In this document: in pieces, positions 30,111-38,587 of the stretch
How the letters are laid out: each line of letters begins with the position of its first letter
Position numbering within the stretch: position 1 is the first letter of the stretch
DNA from: Candidatus Falkowbacteria bacterium
GTDB taxonomy: Bacteria; Patescibacteriota; Patescibacteriia; Patescibacteriales; UBA12465
Length of the DNA stretch: 64,000 bases
Assembly (NCBI GenBank): GCA_009885285.1
Contig: VFKX01000007.1
Location: 5,046 to 69,045, forward strand
Direction: 5' to 3'
Position numbers and translations under genes: made by a program
The notes under the pieces: model-generated
Seen by the model: the letters and a program-made list of their open reading frames with translations, nothing else
The model's database searches: none
What the model was told of the DNA's origin: nothing

Positions 30111-30371
30111 TTACATGCGATAGGTTATTCGTCCCTTGGTTAAATCATAAGGACTAATCTGCAGCTTAACCTTGTCACCCGGCAACAGGCGAATTTTATT
30201 CATCCGCATTTTGCCAGATAGATGAGCCAATATTTCATGCCCATTTTCCAGTCCGACTTTAAAGCTAGCGGCCGGCATCAACTCTAAAACTTCTCCTTGC
30301 ATTTCAATGAAGTCTTTAGCGTTGAGGGTAGCGGAGCTATCCTTATTTTCTTTTTCGTTTGACATTAACAC
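30111..30371 (-). CDS. infA: translation initiation factor IF-1
   Basis: S1-like OB fold ([43 protein letters not shown]). Confidence 0.9.
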   Translation of the reverse strand: MLMSNEKENKDSSATLNAKDFIEMQGEVLELMPAASFKVGLENGHEILAHLSGKMRMNKIRLLPGDKVKLQISPYDLTKGRITYRM

Positions 30372-30387
30372 AAAAAAATTTGATAAA

Positions 30388-30416
30388 GCCCAATGGGCAG
30401 TTTATCAAAATTCTTT
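30388..30416 (-). promoter_or_regulatory. inverted repeat TTGATAAA-N13-TTTATCAA plus a U-run, immediately upstream of infA
   Basis: On the minus-strand RNA an 8-bp stem is followed by AUUUUUUUGUGUUA and then AUG. It could be the alaS terminator or an infA leader element. Confidence 0.3.
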
Positions 30417-30497
30417 AAAAATTATTTAAGTTATTTTTTCTAATAATCTTAATAAAATTATTATAGAGATAAGATTGGAAGTTGTCAATAGACGGGC

Positions 30498-32324
30498 TTA
30501 TTTCGTTAAGACGGCTTTTATCCTCCTGACGCCGGCGCTCGACGCCTCTTCTTTCTGAATAGAAAAATGACCGAGAATTCCCGTATTTTCCACATGGGGA
30601 CCGCCACAAATTTCTTGGGAAAATGCGGCCACCAAATTCTCCGGAGTGACACCGGCCTGGTGCTCCGCGTGACATACGGTATAAACCTTAACCTTTTCCC
30701 CATATTTGGAGTCAAAAACTCCCATGGCGCCTCGTTTTTTGGCCTCATCAAGGCTCAATTCCTCGCAGATTACCTGAAAATCACTCACAATTGCTCCATT
30801 TACTAAATCTTCTACCTGTTTAATCTGATCAGGAGTCATTTTATCAGGATGAGCGAAATCCAGGCGCAGGCGCTCGGCTGTGATATTACTACCCTTTTGG
30901 GTCACATGGTCTCCTAAAACCCGTCTCAGAGCCGCTAGGAGCAGGTGAGCAGTCGTATGAAGCTTAGTAGTCTCTTCTCCGGAGTCAGCTAAACCGCCCT
31001 TAAAACGACCGGCGGAAGCGGTTCGGGATAAGTCCTGGTGCTTCTTAAGTTCAGCCTGAAAACCAGCCCGGTCAACGGCCACGCCCTTCTCTTTAGCCAG
31101 TTCCTCGGTTATCTCTAACGGGAAGCCGTAGCTTTGATAAAGGTTAAAGGCTTCTTCCCCGCTAATGCCACCTGCTGAGAGCTTATTGAACTCCAAGAGA
31201 CCCTTTTCCAAGGTGCGGTTAAACTTCCCTTCTTCTTTATCTAGGTTGTCCAGAATAAATGCTTCATTTTTCTTAAATTCAGGATAAATGGACTGATATT
31301 CAGAAATAGCAATAATAGCGATTTCTTTAATCCATAGGTCCTGAGTAATCCCTAATTGGCGGCCGTAGCGGATAGCGCGCCTAATCAAGCGGCGGACGAC
31401 ATAGCCCTGATCGGAGTTTGAAGGAGTAACGCCGCGGTCGTCGCCGATAATGAAAGCGGCGGCCTTGAGATGGTCGGCAATAATGCGCATCGCGCGGGTC
31501 GCTTCCGGAGTTTCGCCGTATTGGTGGCCGCTCAATTCCTCGATTTTCTTAATTAAGCCGGCAAACAGGTCTGTCTGATAATTATCGCTGAGGCCGTTAA
31601 TGACAGCTAAGACCCGCTCCAAGCCCAGGCCGGTATCCACGTTCTGCTGCGCTAGCGGTTCAAACTCGCCAGCCTCATTTTTATTATATTGCATGAAGAC
31701 ATTATTCCAGATTTCCACCCAAGAATCATTGTCGTCATTAAAGCTCCCAGGAACCTGAGTGGCCTCTCCTGTCCAGTAGAAAATTTCCGTATCCGGCCCG
31801 CAAGGTCCAGTCACGCCAGCCGGCCCCCACCAATTATTTTTCTTCGGCAGCTTGGCGATACGCTCGACAGACAGGCCATTTGCTGTAAATATATCTGACC
31901 AGAGTTTATAGGCCTCAGCGTCAAAAGGAGCATCATCGTCGCCCTCAAAAACAGAGACCGCAATACGGTTCTTATCAAGTCCCAGCCCTTCACTGCCGGT
32001 CAAAAACTTCCAACTATAATTAATGGATTCTGTTTTAAAATAATCACCCAGGGACCAATTCCCCATCATTTCAAAAAAAGTATGGTGCGTCACGTCGCCC
32101 ACTTCTTCAATATCGCCAGTCCGGATGCATTTCTGAGCATCAACCAAGCGTGTTCCCGATGGGTGTTTCTGGCCCATCAGGTACGGGACGAGCGGATGCA
32201 TGCCGGCCGTTGTAAACAGGACGGTCGGATCATTTTCCGGAATCAAAGAAGAGCTGGATATCACCACGTGATTCCTATTCTTAAAAAAATCTAAATATTT
32301 TTGACGTAAGTCTTGTGAAGTCAT
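30498..32324 (-). CDS. alaS: alanine--tRNA ligase, short form (catalytic, tRNA-binding and editing domains; no C-terminal C-Ala domain)
   Basis: Class II AlaRS N-terminus, editing HxxxH (HTTAH) and CGGPHV motifs. 608 aa. Confidence 0.9.
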   Translation of the reverse strand: MTSQDLRQKYLDFFKNRNHVVISSSSLIPENDPTVLFTTAGMHPLVPYLMGQKHPSGTRLVDAQKCIRTGDIEEVGDVTHHTFFEMMGNWSLGDYFKTESINYSWKFLTGSEGLGLDKNRIAVSVFEGDDDAPFDAEAYKLWSDIFTANGLSVERIAKLPKKNNWWGPAGVTGPCGPDTEIFYWTGEATQVPGSFNDDNDSWVEIWNNVFMQYNKNEAGEFEPLAQQNVDTGLGLERVLAVINGLSDNYQTDLFAGLIKKIEELSGHQYGETPEATRAMRIIADHLKAAAFIIGDDRGVTPSNSDQGYVVRRLIRRAIRYGRQLGITQDLWIKEIAIIAISEYQSIYPEFKKNEAFILDNLDKEEGKFNRTLEKGLLEFNKLSAGGISGEEAFNLYQSYGFPLEITEELAKEKGVAVDRAGFQAELKKHQDLSRTASAGRFKGGLADSGEETTKLHTTAHLLLAALRRVLGDHVTQKGSNITAERLRLDFAHPDKMTPDQIKQVEDLVNGAIVSDFQVICEELSLDEAKKRGAMGVFDSKYGEKVKVYTVCHAEHQAGVTPENLVAAFSQEICGGPHVENTGILGHFSIQKEEASSAGVRRIKAVLTK

Positions 32325-32392
32325 ATGTTTGTATTATTATTCTATCCTATCGTAAATCAGCCTGCAAATCAAGCCTAATCCCCACATTCAGC

Positions 32393-32430
32393 CAATAAAA
32401 AAACGCGCTAGACAAAAGTCTAACGCGCGT
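32393..32430 (-). terminator. intrinsic terminator after lipoprotein paralog 1
   Basis: ACGCGCGUUAGAC-uuuug-UCUAGCGCG(U) followed by UUUUUUUAUU on the minus strand. Confidence 0.45.
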
Positions 32431-32463
32431 ATTCTAAATTTCTATTTCACTTGCAGCCCTTCG

Positions 32464-33471
32464 TTACTTGATAATTGGAATTACATAATTTGCAGTCGGC
32501 ATACAGTCGCCGAGTACATAATATGTAGTCGTTCCATGAGCGTCAGAAGTTGAAGCTAAAGCTTGAGCATCTTCGAAAATAAATGATTTAACATATTTAT
32601 AACCGAAAGATGTTCCCATTTTTTGATAGATATAAAGTTTGAATTCATATTTATCATTTTTAGCTTTGTAGTCTCCGTAGGTTACCTTAATGGTTTCACC
32701 TTGAACGCTATTACTAAAAGTGTTTTGTAAAGTTGAAGCACCGGTTCCTTGAGCTCTCCAAACTTCGATTTTGGCAATTGCAGGAACGTCGATAAATTCA
32801 CCAATTGAATTAGCCCATTCGGTTTGCTTGGCATATTCTGATTCTAAATATTCACTTTTTGGTGATAAACAGAAGTCACCAAAGAAATTAATAGTACGAA
32901 CTATAACTTCTTCAGCTCCAAAATAGCCAAAACCAAATGACGCTTGGTCCTTAGGTTCGTAACACAATACTTCGATAGCAATAGCAGTTTTCTTGTCGCT
33001 TTTTACTACAAACTGCATGTTCAAAGGATTATGCACATATGATCCAAAAGTACTGCCAGCATGAGGTGTAGCTGAAATTAGAATGTCGTCCGATTCGTTA
33101 CTCGGTGTTCCTTTATCAAAGAACACTTGAAAATCACTTACTGTGTATTCCACGCCCTCTGGAGATGCTGGCAAAGAAATTGTATTAGTATACAATTTAC
33201 CAGACACGTAGAAAGTTGCTACTTTCTGCACCTGTCCGTTAATAACCATCTTCACGTAAGAAGCTAAATAATCGGTACAAACGATGTCGCCTTGCCTTCT
33301 TTCGCCTTCGCCGGAATCTTTTTTGGTATTACTACTGGTATTATTGGTAATTTCAAAACTTACGTCCTGTCCGCCTACATCAGGAAGAAGATCGTCAGTT
33401 TTATTACAAGAAAACATAAAAACAAACATAATCGCTACAGCGATCGATGATAATGAAAACACTTTTTTCAT
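32464..33471 (-). CDS. paralogous secreted lipoprotein 1 (family of three)
   Basis: MKKVFSLSSIAVAIMFVFMFSCNK signal peptide with lipobox. The mature region is homologous to the next two genes. Start set at the ATG (33471); the ORF track's longer start is a TTG. Confidence 0.7.
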   Translation of the reverse strand: MKKVFSLSSIAVAIMFVFMFSCNKTDDLLPDVGGQDVSFEITNNTSSNTKKDSGEGERRQGDIVCTDYLASYVKMVINGQVQKVATFYVSGKLYTNTISLPASPEGVEYTVSDFQVFFDKGTPSNESDDILISATPHAGSTFGSYVHNPLNMQFVVKSDKKTAIAIEVLCYEPKDQASFGFGYFGAEEVIVRTINFFGDFCLSPKSEYLESEYAKQTEWANSIGEFIDVPAIAKIEVWRAQGTGASTLQNTFSNSVQGETIKVTYGDYKAKNDKYEFKLYIYQKMGTSFGYKYVKSFIFEDAQALASTSDAHGTTTYYVLGDCMPTANYVIPIIK

Positions 33472-33549
33472 GTTAATCAAATTTTTGTTCAACTTTTTGG
33501 TCCTTAACGCGGTTACCTACGATTTATTCTGTTTTAAAAGAACTCCTTA

Positions 33550-33578
33550 TGTATAGCACTAGTTTTAAAATAAGTCAA
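33550..33578 (-). promoter_or_regulatory. promoter TTGACT-N17-TATACA for lipoprotein paralog 1, followed by a conserved roughly 72-nt leader
   Basis: This upstream block is about 90% identical to the blocks upstream of paralogs 2 and 3. Confidence 0.45.
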
Positions 33579-33702
33579 GACCCCGCACTTAAACCCTTTA
33601 AAATAGCCGATTTTATAATATTTAATTGCTGTATTGTCAATTTATCTTAGCACTCTATCTACTTATCCACAGCCGTAATATATCCAAATACAAGTATTTG
33701 TC

Positions 33703-33732
33703 TATAAAAAGAGGCCGTTCAATTGAACGGCC
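33703..33732 (-). terminator. intrinsic terminator after lipoprotein paralog 2
   Basis: Perfect 20-bp palindrome GGCCGTTCAATTGAACGGCC followed by UCUUUUUAU on the minus strand. Confidence 0.55.
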
Positions 33733-33761
33733 CAGAGCTTTATTGCTTATTATTCCTTCTA

Positions 33762-35123
33762 TTAATCTTCACAATGATTATCCTCAATCCAATCCCCTAT
33801 CCAACCAGAAGCGTCGCTAGCCTTACCATATAAAGCAGCATCAACTGAAGACTGATTTGGCAAGTAACTTGGAGAAAGCTTAGGGAGACTTCCCAGCCAA
33901 GCATCAATTATAGCCACCTGAGCGGCTACGCTAGGTACTCCAGTAACATTAGATAGCTTAATGGCTGCTGCCTGGGTAAAGGCTTTTTTAGAGACCGAAT
34001 TATTCGGACTAGCCAACCAGATAGCCTTGCCTTCTGCTTCAGTATAAGTTTTTCCGCCTACTGTAACTGTGCCCGGTGCTGGCCAAACCTTTGGAGCTGC
34101 AAAATAATAACCTTGAGAATACGCACATACCACTACTGGCACGTCGACATACTCATCAAAGATATAATTAGCTCCGGGAGTGCAAGTTCCTTGTACATAA
34201 TAAGTAGTTTTGCCATGACTATCAGTTTTGCTTAGCAATTCTTCGGCATCTTGAAAGATGAAAGACTTAACATAATGATACACGAAAGCGCTGCCAATCT
34301 TTTGATAAATGAAGAGTTTAAATTCATATTTATCATTCTTTGACTTATAGTCGCCATAGGTCACCTTAACGGTTTCCCCTTGGATACTGTTAGAAAAAGT
34401 GTTCTGTAAAGTGCTGGCACCGCCGTCTTGGCTTCTCCACACTTCGATTTTAGCAATCGCAGGAACATCAATAAATTCACCAAGAGCGTTAGCCCATTCG
34501 GTTTGGTGTTCATATTCTGACCCAGCATAAGCGCTTCTGCTTTTAATACAAAGGTCACCAAAGAAGTTCATCGTACGAACGATTACTTCCTCTGCACCGA
34601 AATATACAAAGCCGAAAGAGGCTTGATTTTGAGGTGTATAACATAAAACCTCAATCAATACAGCTGTTTTCTTATCAGCTTTAACATTGAATTCAACGTT
34701 CAAAGGATTCTGCACATACGAGCCAAAAGTACTGCCAGTATGAGGTGTAGCTGAGATAAGAACGTCGTCGTTTTCAGTCGAAGTAGTTCCACCATCCCAA
34801 TAAACAAGAAAGTCGGAAATAATATGGCTGCCTGGCTGCATACTGACAGTATTACTGTAAAGTCTATCGGCTACATAAAATGCAGCGATCTTTTGCACCT
34901 GACCGTCAATGACAACTTTTACATAACTGGCAAGATGATCTTGACATTCGATGTCACCGCCGCCATTTTTTGTCTTATTTAACAAACTGTTATTCAGGAT
35001 TTCAAAGGACACATCCTGTCCTCCGGTATCTGGCAATAAATCTTCCTGCTTATTACAGGCGAACATAAAGATAAATAATATCGCCACAACAGCGATCGAT
35101 GATAATGAAAACACTTTTTTCAT
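33762..35123 (-). CDS. paralogous secreted lipoprotein 2, longer C-terminal extension
   Basis: MKKVFSLSSIAVVAILFIFMFACNK lipoprotein signal. Roughly 300-aa conserved core plus about 120 aa of unique C-terminus. Confidence 0.7.
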   Translation of the reverse strand: MKKVFSLSSIAVVAILFIFMFACNKQEDLLPDTGGQDVSFEILNNSLLNKTKNGGGDIECQDHLASYVKVVIDGQVQKIAAFYVADRLYSNTVSMQPGSHIISDFLVYWDGGTTSTENDDVLISATPHTGSTFGSYVQNPLNVEFNVKADKKTAVLIEVLCYTPQNQASFGFVYFGAEEVIVRTMNFFGDLCIKSRSAYAGSEYEHQTEWANALGEFIDVPAIAKIEVWRSQDGGASTLQNTFSNSIQGETVKVTYGDYKSKNDKYEFKLFIYQKIGSAFVYHYVKSFIFQDAEELLSKTDSHGKTTYYVQGTCTPGANYIFDEYVDVPVVVCAYSQGYYFAAPKVWPAPGTVTVGGKTYTEAEGKAIWLASPNNSVSKKAFTQAAAIKLSNVTGVPSVAAQVAIIDAWLGSLPKLSPSYLPNQSSVDAALYGKASDASGWIGDWIEDNHCED

Positions 35124-35199
35124 GTTAATCAAATTATTGTTCAACTTTGGTCCTTGACGCGGTTACCTACGATTTATCCTGTTTTAAAAGAACTCATTA

Positions 35200-35228
35200 T
35201 ATATAACATTAGTTTTAAAATAAGTCAA
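35200..35228 (-). promoter_or_regulatory. promoter TTGACT-N17-TATATA(AT) for lipoprotein paralog 2, plus the conserved leader
   Basis: Same architecture as the paralog 1 and 3 upstream regions. Confidence 0.45.
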
Positions 35229-35265
35229 GCCTCGGCAATCCCAGCAAACCCGAATTCCAAAAATT

Positions 35266-35298
35266 AATAAAAAAAGCGCTAGATATGAAATCTAGCGC
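35266..35298 (-). terminator. intrinsic terminator after lipoprotein paralog 3
   Basis: GCGCUAGAU-uucau-AUCUAGCGC followed by UUUUUUUAUUAAUUUUU on the minus strand. Confidence 0.55.
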
Positions 35299-35335
35299 CC
35301 GTACTTATTTAATCAAATCGTGATTATTTGCTTGA

Positions 35336-36868
35336 TCAAGGATCAACGCGAACAAACATAGTCTGAACTTTTGCTGATTTAGCGTTAAAGTCTGTTCCTT
35401 CTGGAACAAATATTACGCAAGCCCAGCCACCGGTTGGGATTTCATAACCAGTATAATTTGCATTAGCATTAGCTGCCATTAAAGTCATCATCGGAGTGAC
35501 ATTAGGTACTCCTGAATATGCATGACCATTCCAAGGGGTTGGTTGTTCAAGTAACCAGATTGCACCTTGCAAATCTGACCAATTGTAACCAGGATAAAGA
35601 TTATTGCTACCTTCTAAACCAATATGATTAATCAACCAATTGATTTTAGCCCATTTTGATTGACGAGCATATAAAGGTAAAGCATCTGGATACATTGAAG
35701 AATAAACATCCATGCGATAATCAACACCAACATAAATATCAATCAAATGATCAGCGCAGAAGCTAGCATATGTTCCATTAGGTAGGTCGTAACCTGGACC
35801 AATGTTAGATAATTTAGCATCAACGTAACCACCTTTAGAACCTGGAGCATAAGCACCGGTAATAGTGTAGGTGGCAACTTCCGGTAAATTAAGGTAAGCT
35901 GGAATGATATAATTTGCATTTGGCGTACATGATCCAAGTACATAATAAGTTGTTTTTCCTTTGCTGTCTGTTTTTGTTAATATTTCTTCAGCATCTTTAA
36001 ACATCCAAGTTTTGAAATGTTTGTAAACGAAATCTTGACCTACCTTAACGTAGATATACAATTTCATTTGGAAAGAGTCAGTTACGTTTTTATAGTCACC
36101 ATAAGTCACTTTAACTGTCTCACCTTGTGATGAGTTAGAGAAAGTGTTTTGTAGCTCCCATGAACCGTTTCCTTGTTTCCTTAACACTTCAATTTTAGCG
36201 ATTGCTGGCACGTCAATATATTCGCCAAGAGCGCTATTCCAACCTGTTTGTTCATTGTATCTTGATCTTGCATAGTCAGTTCTGCTTTTGATACAGAAGT
36301 CACCGAAGAAATTCATCGTGCGAACGATTACTTCTTCAGCACCAAAGTATACAAAACCGAAAGAGGCTTGATCCTGAGGAACATAGCACAACACTTCAAT
36401 CAAAACAGCTGTTTTCTTATCAGCCTTAACTGCAAAATCGATGTTTAAAGGATTCTGCACATACGAGCCAAAAGTACTGCCAGCATGAGGTGTAGCTGAG
36501 ATAAGAACATCGTCGTTTTCAGTCGAAGTTGTTCCACCATCCCAATAAACAAGAAAGTCAGAAATAATATGATTACCTGGCTGCAAGCTAATGGTATTGG
36601 TGTAAAGTTTACCAGCTACATAAAATGCTGATATTTTTTGCACTTGACCATCAATTACAACTTTTGCATAGCTAGCTAAATGATCTTGACATTTAATGTC
36701 ACCGCCGCCATTTTTGGTCTTGTTTAACAAACTGTTATTCTGGATTTCAAAGGACACATCTTGTCCTCCGGTATCCGGTAAAAAGTCATCTGACTTGTTA
36801 CATCCGAATGATAATACAAACATGATAGCGATGGCTATCGTACTGAATGAAAATAAACTTTTTCTCAT
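35336..36868 (-). CDS. paralogous secreted lipoprotein 3, longest, distinct C-terminal extension
   Basis: MRKSLFSFSTIAIAIMFVLSFGCNK lipoprotein signal. Conserved core plus about 190 aa of unique C-terminus. Confidence 0.7.
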   Translation of the reverse strand: MRKSLFSFSTIAIAIMFVLSFGCNKSDDFLPDTGGQDVSFEIQNNSLLNKTKNGGGDIKCQDHLASYAKVVIDGQVQKISAFYVAGKLYTNTISLQPGNHIISDFLVYWDGGTTSTENDDVLISATPHAGSTFGSYVQNPLNIDFAVKADKKTAVLIEVLCYVPQDQASFGFVYFGAEEVIVRTMNFFGDFCIKSRTDYARSRYNEQTGWNSALGEYIDVPAIAKIEVLRKQGNGSWELQNTFSNSSQGETVKVTYGDYKNVTDSFQMKLYIYVKVGQDFVYKHFKTWMFKDAEEILTKTDSKGKTTYYVLGSCTPNANYIIPAYLNLPEVATYTITGAYAPGSKGGYVDAKLSNIGPGYDLPNGTYASFCADHLIDIYVGVDYRMDVYSSMYPDALPLYARQSKWAKINWLINHIGLEGSNNLYPGYNWSDLQGAIWLLEQPTPWNGHAYSGVPNVTPMMTLMAANANANYTGYEIPTGGWACVIFVPEGTDFNAKSAKVQTMFVRVDP

Positions 36869-36944
36869 GTTCAATCAATTTTTGTTGAATGTTGGTCCTT
36901 GACGCGGTTACCTACGATTTATTCTGTTTTAAAAGAACTCCTAT

Positions 36945-36973
36945 TGTTTAGCATTAGTTTTAAAATAAGTCAA
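36945..36973 (-). promoter_or_regulatory. promoter TTGACT-N17-TAAACA for lipoprotein paralog 3, plus the conserved leader
   Basis: Same architecture as the other two upstream blocks. Confidence 0.4.
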
Positions 36974-37135
36974 GACTCAATAGAAATAATCATTAAAATA
37001 GCCTAATTAATGGTAATATATTGATAATCTGTCAATATCACCAAACAAAAAAAAATCGACTTATCCACAGGAAAAATCGATTAATACAGAAAAATAGCAG
37101 AAATTTAGCAATAAAACAGCATTTAACTCAAAACG

Positions 37136-38155
37136 TCAAATAATATTAACTTCCGCCTCCAAATCAAGGCCGAATTTCTTCTTAATAACACCCTGAATCT
37201 TCTTAACTAGAGCCATGGCCTGCTTGGCACTGGCACCGCCGAAATTCACGAAAATCAGAGCTTGCTTCTCGTACATACCGACCGGACCGAATTTTTTACC
37301 CTTAAAACCAGCCTTTTCAATCAGCCAGCCAGCCGGAATTTTAACCTTGTTCTTAGAAACGGGAAATGACGGCATCTCTGGATAGAGTTTTAAAAGACTC
37401 TTATAGGCACTGGAATTAACCTCAATATTCTTAAAAAATGAGCCAGCATTAGGAAAATTTATAGGATTAGGGAGCTTGCTGTTACGAATCTCAAAGATTA
37501 TATCAATAACCTCCTTTGAACTGGGCTGCTTAATTCCCTTCTCCAAGAGCTTCTCGCGAAGTGATCCGTAGTCTAGCTTTAAGATCGGTTTTTTGCTCAA
37601 TCTCAAAGCAACTGAATAAATGAAATATCTGCCTTTTAACTTACCTTTAAAGACACTATTGCGGTATCCGAAGGCGCAGTCATTTGCCTTAAAAATCTTC
37701 TCCCTCCCAGTTTTTAGGTCAACGGCCACTAGGGATTCAAAGACATCTTTCAGTTCTACGCCATAAGCGCCGATATTCTGGACCGGAGCCGCGCCAACGG
37801 TCCCATAGATCAGGAAGAGGTTTTCGCAGCCGCTCAGTTTATTAATGACGGTATAATTAACGAAACCGCTCCAACTTTCACCAGACATAGCTTCAACCAC
37901 TACAGCCTGCTTATATTCTTTTTTTATAGCCATACCCTTGATTTCATTCTTCAAAACCAATCCTCTTATCTTCTTTGATATCAAGACATTAGAGCCTCCT
38001 CCCAGAATCCAGATAGCTTTCTTATTCTTCTTAGCCCAAGCGATAGCTTCAATTAAATCTGCCCGCGATTTCAGAACGGCAAAAAACTCGGCGGGGGCGC
38101 CGATCTTCAAAGTTGTATATGGAGTCAGATCAATGTTTTTTTCGATGGTTAGCAT
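37136..38155 (-). CDS. murB: UDP-N-acetylenolpyruvoylglucosamine reductase
   Basis: FAD-binding GGGSNVL, GAAPVQNIGAYG and NAGSFFKN motifs. 339 aa. Confidence 0.85.
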   Translation of the reverse strand: MLTIEKNIDLTPYTTLKIGAPAEFFAVLKSRADLIEAIAWAKKNKKAIWILGGGSNVLISKKIRGLVLKNEIKGMAIKKEYKQAVVVEAMSGESWSGFVNYTVINKLSGCENLFLIYGTVGAAPVQNIGAYGVELKDVFESLVAVDLKTGREKIFKANDCAFGYRNSVFKGKLKGRYFIYSVALRLSKKPILKLDYGSLREKLLEKGIKQPSSKEVIDIIFEIRNSKLPNPINFPNAGSFFKNIEVNSSAYKSLLKLYPEMPSFPVSKNKVKIPAGWLIEKAGFKGKKFGPVGMYEKQALIFVNFGGASAKQAMALVKKIQGVIKKKFGLDLEAEVNII

Positions 38156-38224
38156 ACTTTAATTATAATCGATGAAAGTTAAATAGTAAATCGAAGCATC
38201 GTTGGTGCATATAAGAACCGTTAA

Positions 38225-38252
38225 AAATAAAAAAACGGACCAATTTGGTCCG
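38225..38252 (-). terminator. intrinsic terminator (palindrome CGGACCAAUUUGGUCCG plus U-run) after the 69-aa gene
   Basis: 16-bp palindrome preceded, on the plus strand, by an A-run. Confidence 0.45.
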
Positions 38253-38266
38253 CCGGTCGATAAATT

Positions 38267-38476
38267 TCAGTACTTCCCTTTTGAGTATCGTTTAGATATT
38301 TCGACAAGAATATTTGCTGTCGCTTCACTAATACCCAGCTCTAAATAATCTTCCTTGGCATAGTATTCCAGCTGCTTGATACTAACGAGTAGTCTTCTCT
38401 TCAGGATAGAGATATCCGAATCACTAACACCTTCCTCGCCAAGAATATTTTCAAAATTTTTCATGATCACCATCAT
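38267..38476 (-). CDS. small hypothetical protein (69 aa)
   Basis: ORF between the ABC exporter and murB. No motif. Confidence 0.4.
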   Translation of the reverse strand: MMVIMKNFENILGEEGVSDSDISILKRRLLVSIKQLEYYAKEDYLELGISEATANILVEISKRYSKGKY

Positions 38477-38587
38477 TTTTAATTGTTAATGTACAAATAT
38501 AGAATATATAGCCCTAGCTTGCTTGTCAAATATAAAACAGATAGACGGTTCAATCTATCTGTTATACACCCCCTTAATCATATTTAT

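Noticed and set aside
30415-30806. ORFs 30415-30675, 30518-30751 and 30567-30806 overlapping the 3' end of alaS
   Set aside because: They are out-of-frame overlaps of the well-supported AlaRS C-terminus. Their composition is Arg/Pro-rich and artefactual.
32464-36874. Periodic 1.5-1.7 kb repeats, considered as a possible CRISPR or other repeat array
   Set aside because: The repeats are whole-gene duplications (promoter, leader, lipoprotein CDS, terminator). No short direct repeats with spacers and no cas genes were seen anywhere in the window.
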